This document shows positions 35,223-47,246 of a DNA stretch of 64,000 nt, one piece after another. The DNA lies in the NCBI GenBank assembly GCA_009103225.1, contig RHPI01000003.1:115137-179136 (forward strand). Reading direction: 5' to 3'. Within the stretch, counting starts at the first letter, position 1. Every line of letters starts with the position of its first letter. This DNA comes from Chlorokybus atmophyticus (taxonomy: Eukaryota; Plantae; Mesostigma and Chlorokybus algae). The translations under genes and the position numbers were made by a program. The notes below the pieces were generated by a model. That model worked only from the letters and a program-made list of their open reading frames with translations, was not told where the DNA came from and ran no database searches.

Positions 35223-37012
35223 CTACCGGCGAGGTGAGTAGCTGCGCCGAGGAGGGGGTGAAAATCCCCGAGGTGGTGACCGGCCACGTGTGTAGCGTGG
35301 CGGACTCCGCTCTCTATAGCTGGGGGGAGGGCTGCCATAGCGGTCATACCTGGGAGAGTAGCGAGGAGAGCGGCGGGGAGGAGGGGATGGGCTGCAGGTA
35401 CAAGTACATTCAGCAACATGCAGAAACTCAGTTCAGTGTGCTTTGCAACTTGCCCCAACAACACACTCTACATTGTAATGCAAACCCACCTGCGGCCTCT
35501 CCCCCGAGGAGGGCTGAAGTCACGCACACTGCGACGTTCTTCCCTTGCATACTCAACCAGGATGGGGCGACCGTTGACCTCACTGCAAGGCGCATATTGG
35601 CATCATTACAAGGACGATGGTTGTGAGATGGACAGAGGCAGTCAGCTCTATGCCAGGATGCAGCATTCTGCCTTGCCTGTCTTTTGTTTTCTCCAGAGCT
35701 TCAGTTGCATCGTCCTGCAGCTCATACTGAACAAAAGCGTAGTTCTTCCTGATCTGGCATCGGACAAGCTTTCCAAACTTCTCGTAGATACGTCGCAGAT
35801 CATCCTCCTTAGTCATCACCGGATCAAAGTTGACGACAAACAAGGTCTTGCTGGGCATGCTGCGGTCTCTGCGTCCCCCACCACCACCAAACCCCCCACC
35901 ACCACCTCCACGAGGGGGCCCCATCCCATCATCATCGCGACGCCGGCCTCCTTCACCCTGTCATACACAAGAGTGAGAACCACTGCTACGCCAATTCCAT
36001 TGCCTCTATTAATAGCTGCGGAGGATGGAGTAACCGCAGATGCCATGCAAGGCTGTGGTCGGGACAAACTGAAACCTACCCGAGCCCATTCCACGACAAG
36101 CCTGCGCCGTTGGCGACCAAACTCCATGTTGTCCAATGCACGTATGGCATCCTTGGCATCTCGCTCATCAGTCATGTACACAAAGGCAAAGCCTGCAGGC
36201 AAGCAACATGAATGACTCTGTTCGCTTTGCATTGCATCAATGCACAACAACTGCTGTAGAGCTTTGCCAGCTCTTGCCGACGACCTGCATGTTGCTACTC
36301 AGCTCACCATCGACTCCACTATCGCGGCAAGGATACGTCTACTCCAGGCAAAAGGTGAACAAGGCAAAAGAGAGTGGGACTGCTCTGTATGTACTCAGGA
36401 CCATGATGATGCCGGGATGCGTGCGTTGGAAGCAAATATGGATTGGAATATGAGGTGAGGACAACGACAACGCTTTGCGCTGGCTTTGAGGTTTGGGTTT
36501 GAGTCACTCAGATGGGGATGATGCATGACAGCAGCAGAAAGATTAGGATGGATGATGGATTGGGGCACTGTCGTAGGCGACATAGGGAGAAAAGCAGCAA
36601 GCCAGCAAGCCATAGGTTTCATCCTGCATTGGTGTTTGGCTCAGCATGGCGTCCAGCCTAGCATTCAGGAAAAGAGGCGATGACCCAACAAGCAACCGTC
36701 GCAATGGCGTGCATGCCCAAGGCTTGACGCATGCAAAAGACTTGTGGGAAAGTACATATATAGAGCGATTGTTCGGCCAACATCTGGAGCCGGCAGCAAG
36801 CAAGCTTGCATGGCTCACATGCGCAGCCAGCGGAGCCAAGCTATGCACCTGAGAGCAATACCTGTCTTCATGTCGACGCGGTCGACGGCGCCATATTTGG
36901 TGAAGAGACGCTCCACCTCGCTGGGCCGGGCCTCATACTCAAAGTTGCCGCAGAAGATGGGTCTCAGAGGGGGCCCGCCCGGCGCCGCCGCCGGCGCCCC
37001 GCCGTCTGACAT
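35223..37012 (-). CDS. Plant-specific RS-subfamily SR splicing factor (RS31/RS40/RS41-like), two RRMs plus RS domain
   Basis: RRM1 [34 protein letters not shown]|[37 protein letters not shown]; RRM2 [43 protein letters not shown]...ILVEYAR; tail [30 protein letters not shown]. Exons 37012-36862, 36192-36080, 35957-35677, then 35582 onward. Confidence 0.95.
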
Positions 37013-37475
37013 GGAGAAGGAGGAGAAGGACGAGGGCAAGGAGGAGCAAGGCAGAGTTCACTGCCTGCCTGCCTGCTGCCCAACCACCACACCTGACGGC
37101 ACAGCTATTTAGCAACAACAAACCACCACAAGCAAGAACAATACCAATGCGACAACGGCCTCATTCGCACCTGCCAGCCACCCCGCCGCCGCCGCTGCCG
37201 CAGCAACCCTAACCGTCACCAAGCTGCCGACGGCTCACCGGCAAATCCCAAGGTGAGTAAGGTTGATATCAACCTGTGGCTAGATTTTGCGTTACTCTGC
37301 CCGCTAACACAATCGGATATCTGCAGTTTGCGCTCGTTCTGAGAACCCGAAGCACTGTCTGCCTTTTTGGGTTGGTGACAATTCCTTCAGCTCTGCGCAG
37401 CTCACGCTCTGCGCAGCTCACGCTCTGCTCAGCTTTGAGTTGGTGCTTAGCGCAGATTGCAGCTGCAAGCTGGCA

Positions 37476-40400
37476 ATGCAGCGGCGGCTGGTGCTGCTAG
37501 GCTTTGGAGCTCTTGGGCTTGCAGGAGCGCTGTTCTTGGTAAGAAGATGTGCTGTGAAAAATTGCATAGGCACCTCATTTGCAGAGCATGCCACAGCTTT
37601 GCACAGCTGGAGCTCGGCTTGTTATGACATGATTCTGGGCACTTTGCAGTCCTTTTTATGATATAAGCAAAGCCTGAAATATGAAGTCAGCAAGGTTGAG
37701 CTGCTATGTTTTGTCTCTGTGACAATTGTTGTCGACTGGCTCGGCGGCTACCTGGATGAGCAGTGCTTTCAAGCTTGTGTCAGACTTACTTACTGCTACT
37801 ACTTACGTGTTGTCAAAACATGTAAGCTGGGCCAGTATTATGGAACCACACTTACCCGCTTCATGCCTTGCATAGTTGCTTAGGTCGTCTAGTCGTTGCA
37901 TTTGCGCACTGAAGAACGTAAAACACTGTCATTATGTTCATGTCAACTCGTGACATTATTTCGCTGCTAAGCAGCAAGCGCTCTTGAGCAATGCCTGTCT
38001 ATTTGAACCAGAATTTAGAATAGATGGAACAGAGAGGAGGGTCTCATGTTGTACTGCTTGTACACTCACACTCACACGCACATGCATATGCACGCCTACA
38101 CGCCCACGCGCACGCCCACACGCACATGCGCATGCACATGCGCATACACACGCGCATACTCACAACTACACACACCAGGTGTTCTTCTCAGTGGTCCCGT
38201 ACTGGTACGCGTGTCTGGACGATGCTGTAGATGACTCCCGTTCGCTCGCATCCAACCATGCGGGCGGCATTGAAGCCTTCAAGAATCCTCCTGATGTGAA
38301 GAGCTTTGAAGTGAGACCGATTGCTTTCTGGTGATTGTCGACACACTGCTGATCTCATGGAGTTGTTGTGTTGTGTGGTAGGTGTACTTCTTCAACATCA
38401 CGAACGTGGATGCAATCTTAGAAGGCGCGCAGCCCGTCGTGGAGGAAGTGGGACCTTATGTGTACACGCGGTGAGCCTGTCCGACATGTTGTACACATGT
38501 TCAACAACCTTGAGGATGAGATGTCATTTGACTATACTATTGGTAAATGTTACTCCACTGCATGTGTGGCAACTCTCCTGTGCGGTGACGCGTACACCCA
38601 CGTGTGCACGCATGTATGCATAAACCGACAGCAGCACAGGCTCACATGTTGAACACGCATGTGACTGCGAGAGTGCGCACGCGTGCATGCATACATGTGC
38701 GTTTTCGTGCGAGCTTACATAAAAGCACACGCATGCATGTGAATGTACATTTGCTGTGCATGCAGCTGTGAGTGCATACACACTACATACCTTTTTTCCT
38801 AACAAGTTTTGGCTTGTGCCCAGTCAAGTGCGCCGCTTCAACCTGTCCTGGTCGGACGGCTCCCGGATCCTCAGTTACTTTACTGAGGACCGGTTTGAGG
38901 TGGCGGAAGGAGGCAGCAGTGATAATGACACGATCGTCACCATCAACCTCGCCTTCCAGGTATGCCATCACACATGATGCAAGAGCCCGAGGAAGTGGAC
39001 ATGTATGTATGCATACAGATGTGCATGGGCGTGTAGCGCGCGCGTCTGCATATATGTGTAGATACAGAGATGCGCGTGTGCAGGTTGCGCATTGTGTGCG
39101 TGGTCGCGTGCGTGTCAGTAGCATAACAAATGTGACGCAGACAAGCTTGCCCCTGCCTTCCTTCAAGTACACGACTGCATGGTTTACATGCAGGAGTTGG
39201 TGGCCCAGGCCAAGCTAGCAGGGCCAGCGGTGTATGCGTCATTGAACAGACTGAAGCCGTCAATTCAACAAAAAGACTTGCTTTTTGTCGCGCGGCCAGC
39301 AAGGGACTTAACATTTGGGTAAGTAAGGAATCGAGACCAGTGTCGTCGTTGCTGCCTGCTTGTTGCGAGTATGATATCTGCACATAGTTGTGCTTGAACA
39401 GGTATGAAGACCCGCTGTTGCTTGAGATCAAAGCTATTGCGAAGTTGGATTACGTTGATGCTTGGGTTCCCGGCTTGAGTGGTCGCAATGCAACAGAGAT
39501 AAGCGTAAGCATGTGCGAGTTCTGGGTGTTTCATCACAGGCACACATAGCTAAACACGCGCAACTTGTGAAACAACATATAGTGACGGGCAACCAAACCC
39601 AAACACTAGTAGACATGCCGCGAGAGGAAACTTTCATGAAGCGTAGCAAGTAAGGTCATGTCAGTTTGTGGCAGTCTGATTTGCCGATGCTCAGGACGCA
39701 GCGTTGCGCGTAAGGACGAGTCGAGGACGACCCTCGTTGGCGAGCGAGCTCGTGGAATGGCGAGGCATGGACCGCGTGGAATGCTGCCAGCTGCTGCCTT
39801 GCCCCCCAAATATGTGAGTGTTACCTGTTGTTTGCTCGCTATTTTTCGTGTTGCAGATGCGGCTCTTGTGGTTTCTCTTTTGTCTGATGCCTGATGCATG
39901 TGCAGCTTGACTTATGTCTGGGATGATCACGATGGTGTTGTGGACGGCACTGATGGCACCCGCTTCAGACGCTACTTGCAGGTTTGTTTCTTTTACTACT
40001 ATTTACTCAAAAAGGGTGCGCGCTAATCTGTGATTTGCATGCATGCATCACCAATCATATCAAGTGATACCTGTTTGACTGACTATTCAGACAGGAGACA
40101 AGGTGAAGGTGTTCGTGGAGCCGTTGTACCGCGCACAAGAATTTGTCAATGTGAAGGGCGAGTACATCAACCATGAGGTGAGGCGCTCGTGCGTGTGTGC
40201 GCGTGACAGCATTATGTGGAGGCCAAGCACCAGCTCTTCAAGTTGCGCCTTTCTCAATCTCAGGGCGTGCGACTGCTGAATTTCTCCATGTCTGCGCCTT
40301 CCTCAAGAACATCACCATCATCGCTCATGGAGGTTGGCGCGTGCTGGCGCGGCGCGGCCGTGGCGCTCAGCAAGGCGCACTTCCTGGACTCGGATGAGAG

Positions 40401-41656
40401 GGTGAGTTTAGCTTACGCAACACCACATCATGTTGTTGTCGGGCAGAACGTGTTGCAATGTGCGTGATGTGTGTATAAGTTATGTTATGATAGTTGCCGA
40501 ATGTCGTTGATGGTCTCGATTGGTGTGCACTCGTCTTGGCTTGCAATGCATGCATCATGGATGACCTTGCAATTGTATGATGTATATATTGCTTGTGTGT
40601 CTGTGGCGCAAGTCACCCAATGATGTCTATGCTATGAACAGGGTAAACTTATAGTGTTGCCAGTTACTTGTTCATGTTTATAGTCCTTTGTCACATGCAG
40701 ATAGCGCGAGACGTGCAGGGCATGTCTCCACCTACGCGTAGCGTACATGATACGTTTGTTGCAGTAGAGCCGATCACAGGTCTCACCATGCTTTCCCATC
40801 GACGCCTTCAGGTACATGTCAGATACCACACATATCTTACTCGCACATCAGAGTCATGCAGAAACATTGTCAATATCGGGTTCTTGTGAGCAGGTGAATA
40901 CGCGCGTCGCGTCTTTTGATGTTGCGGGGACTGCATGGTTCCCTGCCCTTGCTCACCCCCGCTGGGTGCCTCTTGCGTGGTTTGATGAGGGGACGGGCGC
41001 CAGCACCTATCAATTTCGCTATGCGGTGAGACGTCATGATGCATTGGATTCACATCTTTGCAGTGGTCTGTGTCACACATTCTTGCGCACTTGGGCCAAT
41101 TTTCCGTCACATGGATGGTGGTGACTGTCGCAACCATTTGCATGTGTTGGTTGGCACATGGGCCAACTAATGTATGTAAGACAACAAACATGTATGCACA
41201 TCGGCTCGCCAGATGATGTTCTAACGCTTATTGCATACCATTGTCTGGGGATGAGTCCAGCCCGACAGGGTTAGGACAAAGTACATGGAAAGCCCTGTGT
41301 AAAGCAAAGCTGAGTGTCGTGTTACCCGCTTGCAGGTGCAAAGGCCAATGTTGGTGCTGCATTATGCGCAGTGGGGATTGTGCGTGGCGGCACTGCTGTT
41401 TGCAATGGCTGGCGCTGCATGCCTGACCCACGCAACAATGTACAGATTGAGCCACCGCTACAAGCACCACTTCAAACAGTCCCGCGTGAAGCAGCAGCAC
41501 CATCACCAACACCACCATCATCGGCACAAACCAACTGGCGACCACCAACAGAGTGCTGCGGAGAAGCACCATGGCGTTTCAAATGCCGACGCATTGACGC
41601 AGCCACTTATGCCAGAGGCTCCAGAAGAGGAGAGACCTGTAGAGGCGGCGGTGTAA
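37476..41656 (+). CDS. CD36/scavenger receptor class B (LIMP-2/croquemort) family protein
   Basis: N-terminal TM LVLLGFGALGLAGALFL; YFFNITNVDAILEGAQPVVEEVGPYVY; TFG|YEDPLL; VDGTDGTRF; CWRGAAVALSKAHFLDSD; HDTFVAVEPITGLTMLSHRRLQ|VN; WVPLAWFDE; C-terminal TM, then a His/Gln-rich tail. Confidence 0.92.
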
Positions 41657-42189
41657 GGTGTATGCAACCGCACTCGTGCATGTTTGTGTCGATATGTGCA
41701 TATAACTCTCTGCTGCATGACGATGATTGCAGCAACCAGTTTTGTAGGATACTGTAGTGAGTGTATACTTGCCCTTGTGGTTAGAGTTCAATACTCGGCC
41801 ATATAGAAGCCTTCACACACTTGTTAGTCTGCCAAGATTGTGGGTGGGGTGGGGTGGGGTGGGTGAGCATAGCACACTCGCTGTGCAAGCCACATAAAGG
41901 ATCCAGCTTGCTTGTGAAACCGTCCCAACACTGGGAATCAGTGTTTAACACAGGAGGCCCCCTCTCAGCATTAGGTATCATACAATCAAACCCTGAACAG
42001 CTGTCAGGGCTTCAGAAGATTCCCCATTGTAGGATGTGCATTTTTACCGAGTACGCCCATCCACAACGCGGGCATGACTCTCTTGTGTAGTACACACTTG
42101 TAACCAGTATAGCTATAGAACCTTTGCCGAAGCCCGCGCATCTACAAACTATGCTCTACAAACACTTTGTACGCCTGAATGCTGAGCCA

Positions 42190-45100
42190 TCACAAGCACG
42201 CAACAGTACCGCTGCCTTTCGCTGGCTGCCGCCAGCAGCACGCAACATTATCATAAACCATGCCCGGCTGCGGGGGCGCCGAAGGCTGCTTCACGCTTGC
42301 ACCAGCTGGCTGCGCTGATGATGATGCCAATGCTGGCACAGAGAGTCCAAGCCAGCTGAGGATGGCCGCCTCCGTGTGCTGTGTGTCATCTCTCGGCGAG
42401 ATGGCTGTTGCAGCCTGCAGCGGTTTTAAAGTTGTTTGCCCGAGCCGCTGGAAAGGTCCACCGAGCCAGAACTTGCTCAACTCCAGCACTTCGGTGCTGG
42501 CTGCCTTTGGTGGAAGTTTGAACCCTGGAGGCACCGGACGCCCCCGAGGACTTTGCATCTGCACCTCGATCACTTCAAGGAACTCGTCATCATCCGGGCC
42601 ACCAGTCTATGTTAAGTCCATCGTTAGCAATGTTGTGCCGCAGCAGTACGCACATGGGAGAACTTATGCATCAGTAGTCATGCATGTGCGCGCATCCGTG
42701 CGTTGCAGCATACAGACAGGCAATGGAGCACGCGATGCTAATGAATGGGTGGAGATCTGTCACATGCCAGAAATTATGCAGCCACAAACTATTGAAGAAA
42801 TTGATGCATCGTACCGGAGATGAATCACCAGCGCCTCTCCTAGTTCTGCCCTCGGTCTGCATCAACCTTGCGGCCCTCTCCTCAGGTGTCAACGGTTTTC
42901 TGAACATTGGTTTGCGCTCCAGGCGTGGACCACCTTAGCAGCAGGCACAAATTGCATCAGGTGTAGTGTCACTAGACAGCTCACTTCAAGATGCGTCATG
43001 CTGATCGTGTGTACATACCAGGAACAATGATGGCTTCACCAGCAGCAACACGCGCCTCCATCTCTTTTACATGCTCGGTGGTCCTGCCCAGGTTCTTGCG
43101 CATGGCCTCGACCCACGCAGCGGCCTCCTTACCAGAGACCTCAATCATGATCTGGTCTGCAGTTTCAACAATGTCATGCAAAGTGAGTCAGAGCAGAAGT
43201 GTCACAGTTGTGGCGCGCGGTTGCAATGCTGTGCACCTGATGACAATAGCTGACCATCCTCTCCAAGTGGAACCTCATCAGGTTCTGTGGCTTCAAGCTG
43301 AGAAACAGCACAACATGGTCGGTCGATTTCACCAACCGTACCATGCATACTGGAGAGCGAGCACAGCAACACTACAGATCTATGACAATTGCGCTGTATA
43401 TATACAGGTGCAACATACGTGCGCACACGCCCATGAACACGCCCATGCACACGCGCGTGTGCATGTGCGTGTTCACACACATGTAGGCTATATGTGTTTG
43501 TCAGCGCATTTGTATGTGAATGCGCATGTGTGTGTTGAGCATAAGCCAACGCACCTGCACAGTTGGTGCCTCCCCAGGCTTGTAGGCAAAGTTGTTGGTA
43601 AGGGTGAGCTTTTTCCTGCGCACCTAAAACACAATTGCCGTCATGGTACTCATAAAGACGCTACATGCAGCACAGACTACTAGATGCCTCTCTGCAAAAG
43701 GATTGGAGGCGTCAGTATGAAGGCACACGCACTTAGCCAACAGCATGCAAAACCAGCATACCTGTTCGCAAACAATGCAACGGCAGTCCACTTTGTGATG
43801 TGCAGTGCCCACGGCCCAGCTCTTTGACACCCGTTCCTCATCACCGCGCTTCTTCTTCCTCGCCTTCTCAATCTCCGCAGGCGTCTGAATCCTAATCTTC
43901 ACCTTCTGTGGAGGCTGTATGGGCACTGAACAACGCCCAACAAGACAGTCAGGTACAGCTTCTTCTCAAGGTCACCCAATAATGCATCACAGTTGCAAGG
44001 ACAAGTGACTAGAGCCATCCAGGTGGCAAACTCAGTGAGACTTGCGCAAGCTACTTGTAACCACGAACAATAGCTCTCAACCATAGTGACCAGCACTCAG
44101 TCAGCTGTTGCAAAGGCATCACCAACTCAATGACGGGCATCCTGACTAACTGCTAGTGTACCGGGTTCTGGCTTGGGTAGAGGTGGCGGGGATGGTTTCG
44201 GCTTTGACTTGCTTTTCTCTTTATCACTACCACCCTTGTCCTTGTTCTCTTTGCTGCTCTTACTCTTGCTCCCGGATGCTTTGACCTCATCCTCGAGACC
44301 CGTAATCCCCTCACGCTCGCCACCTTCCTCTTTCTTAGTCTTATTCTTCTTCTCATCCATGCCGGCCGTTTCAGCTTCCTCCTCACCCTTCAAGCGTCCT
44401 GGCTTTGAGGCTTTATTGGCATCCTCATTGAGCTCTGGCTTTGGTGCTTTACATGAATCCATGTCACCACCTTTGCTCTTGCTAGCCACAACCTTCTCCT
44501 TTTTGCTGCTGGTGTCTTTGCCTGCTACTGTCTTTGAGGTGGACGGCTCGGGCACAGAAGCCTCTGTTGGCAGGCCAGCCTTGCTCCAGAACTGCCGACA
44601 TAAATGGTTAGATGCACGCAGCACAACCAAGTGCTCGTGCTCATGAGACAAGCAAGGAGGCGTCCACTGCTGGTCGTATGCGTACACAGCAACACTGTCA
44701 AACCAAGAAGACAGTGTCGACATTTGTGCAGATGTGCAAACATCAAACATGCTGAGTAGATTACTGACCTTATTAAACTTCTTCTGGGCCCCTTTGCAAA
44801 GTTCCATAATGGGATCATACGGATTGTTGTATATAGCGCAGTTGCTCCAAACCTGCACAGGAACAGTATAAGCACACCTGTTGTTCAAAATTGGAACATT
44901 GTAATGCATGCATGTCACACCTTGTGCACGTGCTCGAGGACCTCAAGAGGACTCCGATACACTCCCTGCCGTAGATTCTTGTCTACGGTGCTCAGGTCCA
45001 TGGGTTCTTTGACCACATCAAAGTAATCGGGGATGCCCATGCCTACTGGGTCAACCTGCATGAGGTGGCGTGTTGTACAGTACTCCAAAGATTACGTCAT

Positions 45101-46101
45101 ACAGCTACCAATGACAACAAGGTCTTGCGATGCAGAACCATCTCATACCGGTTCATTGAAGGGTGCTGCTTCGGGCGCAGCCATTGTTTGTTTGAGCACA
45201 TCCTGGCACCGCTGCAACTCCTGGGCGAAGTCCTCGCCCTTGCTTTTCTTGATGTGATCCTGGTTTGATGCCTTGGTAGAGCCACCTTTGGCCTTCATAG
45301 AGATTGCAAATACCGCAATGAGGATGTGCATACAACTTCATGCGCGTGGTGGACCTGTTGATGCATATACCTGCAGTACACATTGGCTCAACGTGTGCGT
45401 ACCGGCTGCGATGGACGGTGTGGCGCACTGGGCTCTGCCGATGCTGCTTTGGCGGAGGGCTTGGAAGGCCGCTTTAAAGGTGGTGGAGAAGGTGGTGGAG
45501 ACGAGTCTGCTGCCTTTCTCTTCTTGTTTGCTGGCTTTGTCTCGGCTTCACCTCTGGCATCAAGTAAAGCTTCCAGTGCTGGTTCTTGAAGTTGATTGTC
45601 GCTTCCTGTCACCAGCTTCTTGCTTTTCAACTTCAGTTTTGGAAGCAATTGCGACAGTGGATGATCCCCATCTTTCTTCTCTTCCACCTCCTGTTTTGGT
45701 TGCTTTGCTGGTGGCTTCCTGTTGCGCAACTCTGGCTCAGGACTTGCCTCGCGCGTTGGCTTCTCTGTTTCAAGTGCTTTCCGCTTGGGGGCGGACTTGG
45801 CCTCAACCAGTTTGGCTTTTGTGGGCTTGCTGCTGACTCGAGCCTCTTGTGGTGGCTGTTCAACACTATCTGTACTTGAATGCTGTTTGGACACACGTTT
45901 GGCAACAGCCGCTGGTTGCTCCTCTTCTTCTGCTCGCTGCTGTCGTGTTGATGTTGATGGTTTCTTCTTGGTTGCTGCACTAGCCGGTTCGACTCTAGCG
46001 CCTCCCTCGTCTTTCTGGCTCTTGTCCCCGTGTTTTCCTGGCTTCTTCTCGTGTACTTCTAACTGTGGACTGTCCTCTCGCAGCTTGTGCCTCAACTTCA
46101 T
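42190..46101 (-). CDS. Bromodomain protein with long Lys/Glu-rich disordered regions; additional upstream exons possible to about 47071
   Basis: [24 protein letters not shown]|[45 protein letters not shown]|[26 protein letters not shown] is a canonical bromodomain with the conserved Asn. A downstream [11 protein letters not shown] cysteine motif is present. Both ends are uncertain. Confidence 0.88.
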
Positions 46102-47246
46102 GTTGCCAGACTCAACTCATGTCACATATGCCGCTGGCACCTGCAAAGCAACTCATTGTGACATCGCATATACTTCCAGCGATTGTTGGCGTTTGCAGCA
46201 GGCCTACAAACCAGGAGCACTGAGTGCCCTTCTATAATCGTCTTAAACTCAATGTAAAAGCATTGTCCTGGCCTCATTGGATCCAACTGTTACTCAGCAA
46301 TGCAAGCTCAACCACACGCAACTCTGCTTGCAAAAGTCTGCGTCAAGGGCACATGGGCCGACCTTGTACTGGTTGGACCCAATGCTGGTGAGGTACAAAT
46401 GCCCCTAACTTAACAACTGCCAATGGCGCAACGAAGACGGAGACCAGGTGTGCGACAAAGAGAACACGGCGTAAACAGTCAACCATACCTCCCGTCAGTA
46501 CAGTTACAACCAACAGTGCAAGGAGGCGATATTAACGCAAAAGGCAGCAGTGATCACGAAGTTGCTTAAAGGGGATTGCGCATACAAATGTAACCACTGC
46601 AAGATCAATTATCTCAACGCAAGTTTATGAATTTTCACAATGACGCAGATGGTGTGGACTTGATAGTTGGTGGAGCAAAGGAGGAATAAGCTTACCATGC
46701 TTCCACTATGGTGAGTACTTGTAACCAAGCCAGCATCAAACAGCAAGCAGTAATGTCTGCCCCCCACTTCCGCAACGGTCCCAGCGACACACAACGCTCA
46801 AGCAGCAGGCAAGCCAACGGATTGAACCAAGGCTGGCCCTTCAGCTCCCTCCCAGCATGCACCCAGCCAAATTCCCTTCCAGCAGCTGCTTGAACCAGGT
46901 GCACAAAGCTTCAGCACGCCCAAGACAGCTCTGTGGGCCGCACAGCGCAGCTCAGCTTACTGCAGCTCAGTAGTAGCGCAACTCCGTCTCCAACTTGCCG
47001 CCGCTGCTGTGTAACTTACGCCTCAGCCTGGCGAAACAGGCAACCTCGAATTTAGAACCTCGGAGTTCCATGCTTGCCGCCACAAGTTTCGTGAAATGGC
47101 GGCCGAGTTCATGCAGCAAATGCCGAAAACGTGAAAATGGTCAGACCTCTAGATTAAGTGATTGTGGTCCAAAATCTGGATCGGATAATCACAAAACGTG
47201 GTTCTCCTGCACATTTTGCAAGAACGACCACAGTGTGTAGGAGACA

